Positions 62,495 through 64,000 of a stretch of 64,000 bases of DNA are shown piece after piece. Within the stretch, counting starts at the first letter, position 1. Every line of letters starts with the position of its first letter. Both the position numbers and the translations under genes were made by a program. Under the pieces are notes generated by a model. That model was not told the DNA's origin and did not search any database. It worked only from the letters and a program-made list of their open reading frames with translations. This stretch comes from Felis catus. Taxonomy: Eukaryota. The DNA lies in the NCBI RefSeq assembly GCF_018350175.1, contig NC_058370.1:95170001-95234000 (forward strand), in the 5' to 3' direction.

Positions 62495-62710
62495 GCACAG
62501 ATCCTAGAGCCAGACTGATTGTCAGTGGTGGCTCTCCCACTTGCCAGCTGTTTGACCTTAGGCAAGTAATCTTCCTTTTCTTTCTTCAATTTCCTCAGGT
62601 ACAAATGGTGACAGTGCAAGTATTTACTTCATCAGGTTCTCTTGAGTAGTAATTGAATTTTAACAAATAAAACTCTTCAAACAGAACTTGGCACACCATG
62701 AGCTCTAAAT
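62495..62710 (+). mobile_element. MIR
   Basis: CTAGAGCCAGACTG..CCACTTGCCAGCTGTTTGACCTTAGGCAAGT..AGAACTTGGCAC. Confidence 0.8.
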
Positions 62711-64000
62711 AAAAGACTGTTCTTACTAGGGAAAAGACAAGACAGCACATGTTAAAATATTAAGTCTGAATAGACACAACCTGATAGATTCTTAAAATGG
62801 AAGGAATCCTGAGTCACCTTGTGGGCACCATATACTTGCTGCTGAAATAAGCCCAGAGAGGAATATTCTTCAGTATTTACTTATGCATTTAGTTCAACTG
62901 TACACCAGCCAACTCTGGATAATTCCTATCAAGGGAGTGCTCACCTTTGTCTTCGAAAAAGGAGCCAAGAGACATAATGTAATGTGTCAAAATCTTGTCT
63001 GGTAATACTGTAACTTCCATGGTGTTCCATGTCTACACTGGCCATTCCTGGTTTTGTTTTTTTCTTAACTAGAAGATCTAATTGGCTTTATTAAGCAATT
63101 CATCAATTGGGCAGCATCCCATTTAGCCAATAGAGAGATGCTCCCTACATTGACCCTTCATTTAACATTTCATTTGCTTTATCTCCAGTGAAGATACGTA
63201 TTTCCCACCATGCTTTGCAAATGAGCTAACCATAGCAGTAAATGGTTTTTAAACACTACATTGCTTTACAGATTCTACAACATAATCAAAATGATAAAAC
63301 ATTCAGATGATGTGCAGTGTCCACTCAATTATTATTTTAAAATTCTGTTGTGTCTGTTCCTTCACTGTCTCTGTGAGTGTGTGGCTCAAAGAAGATGTGT
63401 AGTTTGGGGAGCAGAACCAGAAAAGAGTGTGTGAAGCAGTGGTCAGGTATTAGACTTCACTAATCTTTCTTGTCTAAAAATACATTGCATTTTCTACATT
63501 GCTGCAGAGGATTCATTTCTCAGGATTTTCTAAGGTTTGTACCTCAAGGAAAATATGTGTGAAAAAGGTTCTGAGGCAGCCATAGGTTATTATGAAAAGG
63601 GAACAAATTATAGCTAAGAGGGTTGGAAACTTTGCTCTTTATTTCTCATCTTCTCTAGGAAGTCTACAATGGGAAAATATCAAGAACATGAACCATCATT
63701 ATGTGCCCTATACTTTATGTAATTAGGCAAAAAAATCTATGTAATTAAAGGAGAATTTATATAACTAGACAAAGGAGAATATACAGTTGCAGATATTACA
63801 TATGATAACTGTTGGTTAGACATATTGCATAGAGAACTTTCTGGAAGACAGCTCAACACTCTCTGAATCTAGCTTTTCACCATACCCTTTTCCCTCACTT
63901 CTCACAGTTTTCCAGTAGTTCATCTGTCAAGTATTTAAAGAGAGCTTTTGTTACATGCAGGCTCTGCCTTCAAAGGATGCACCACATGGTATTTCATGCT

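Noticed and set aside
63003-63011. TAATACTGT, matching the miR-200/429 5' end
   Set aside because: The rest of the mature sequence and the hairpin are absent.

Overview
Carnivore genomic DNA, almost certainly from the cat family judging by its SINEC_Fc-type CAN-SINEs. It is AT-rich, has no CpG island, contains five assembly gaps and has no recognisable intact protein-coding gene. Most of the window is a mosaic of about 27 CAN-SINEs, old L1, L2, MIR and CR1 remnants, hAT MITEs, ERV/MaLR solo LTRs and microsatellites. Two processed pseudogenes are identifiable. (1) A near-full-length ferritin light chain (FTL) retrocopy lies on the - strand (about 4282-5812). Its 5'UTR is split by a same-orientation ERV1-type solo LTR (4976-5728), which separates the iron-responsive element from the coding remnant, and the IRE itself has lost its CAG loop bases. 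(2) A much older, degraded calponin-3 (CNN3) retrocopy lies on the + strand (about 40550-41590) and is interrupted by a SINE. A pile-up of four or more LTR segments occupies about 24.7-26.3 kb. Most SINEs, L1s and LTRs are on the - strand, which suggests the window lies inside an intron of an unidentified + strand gene; a few small + strand exon candidates are listed at low confidence. All family assignments come from recalled consensus sequences, not database searches. I found no convincing novel multi-gene system; the IRE/LTR/FTL arrangement is the most interesting structure.
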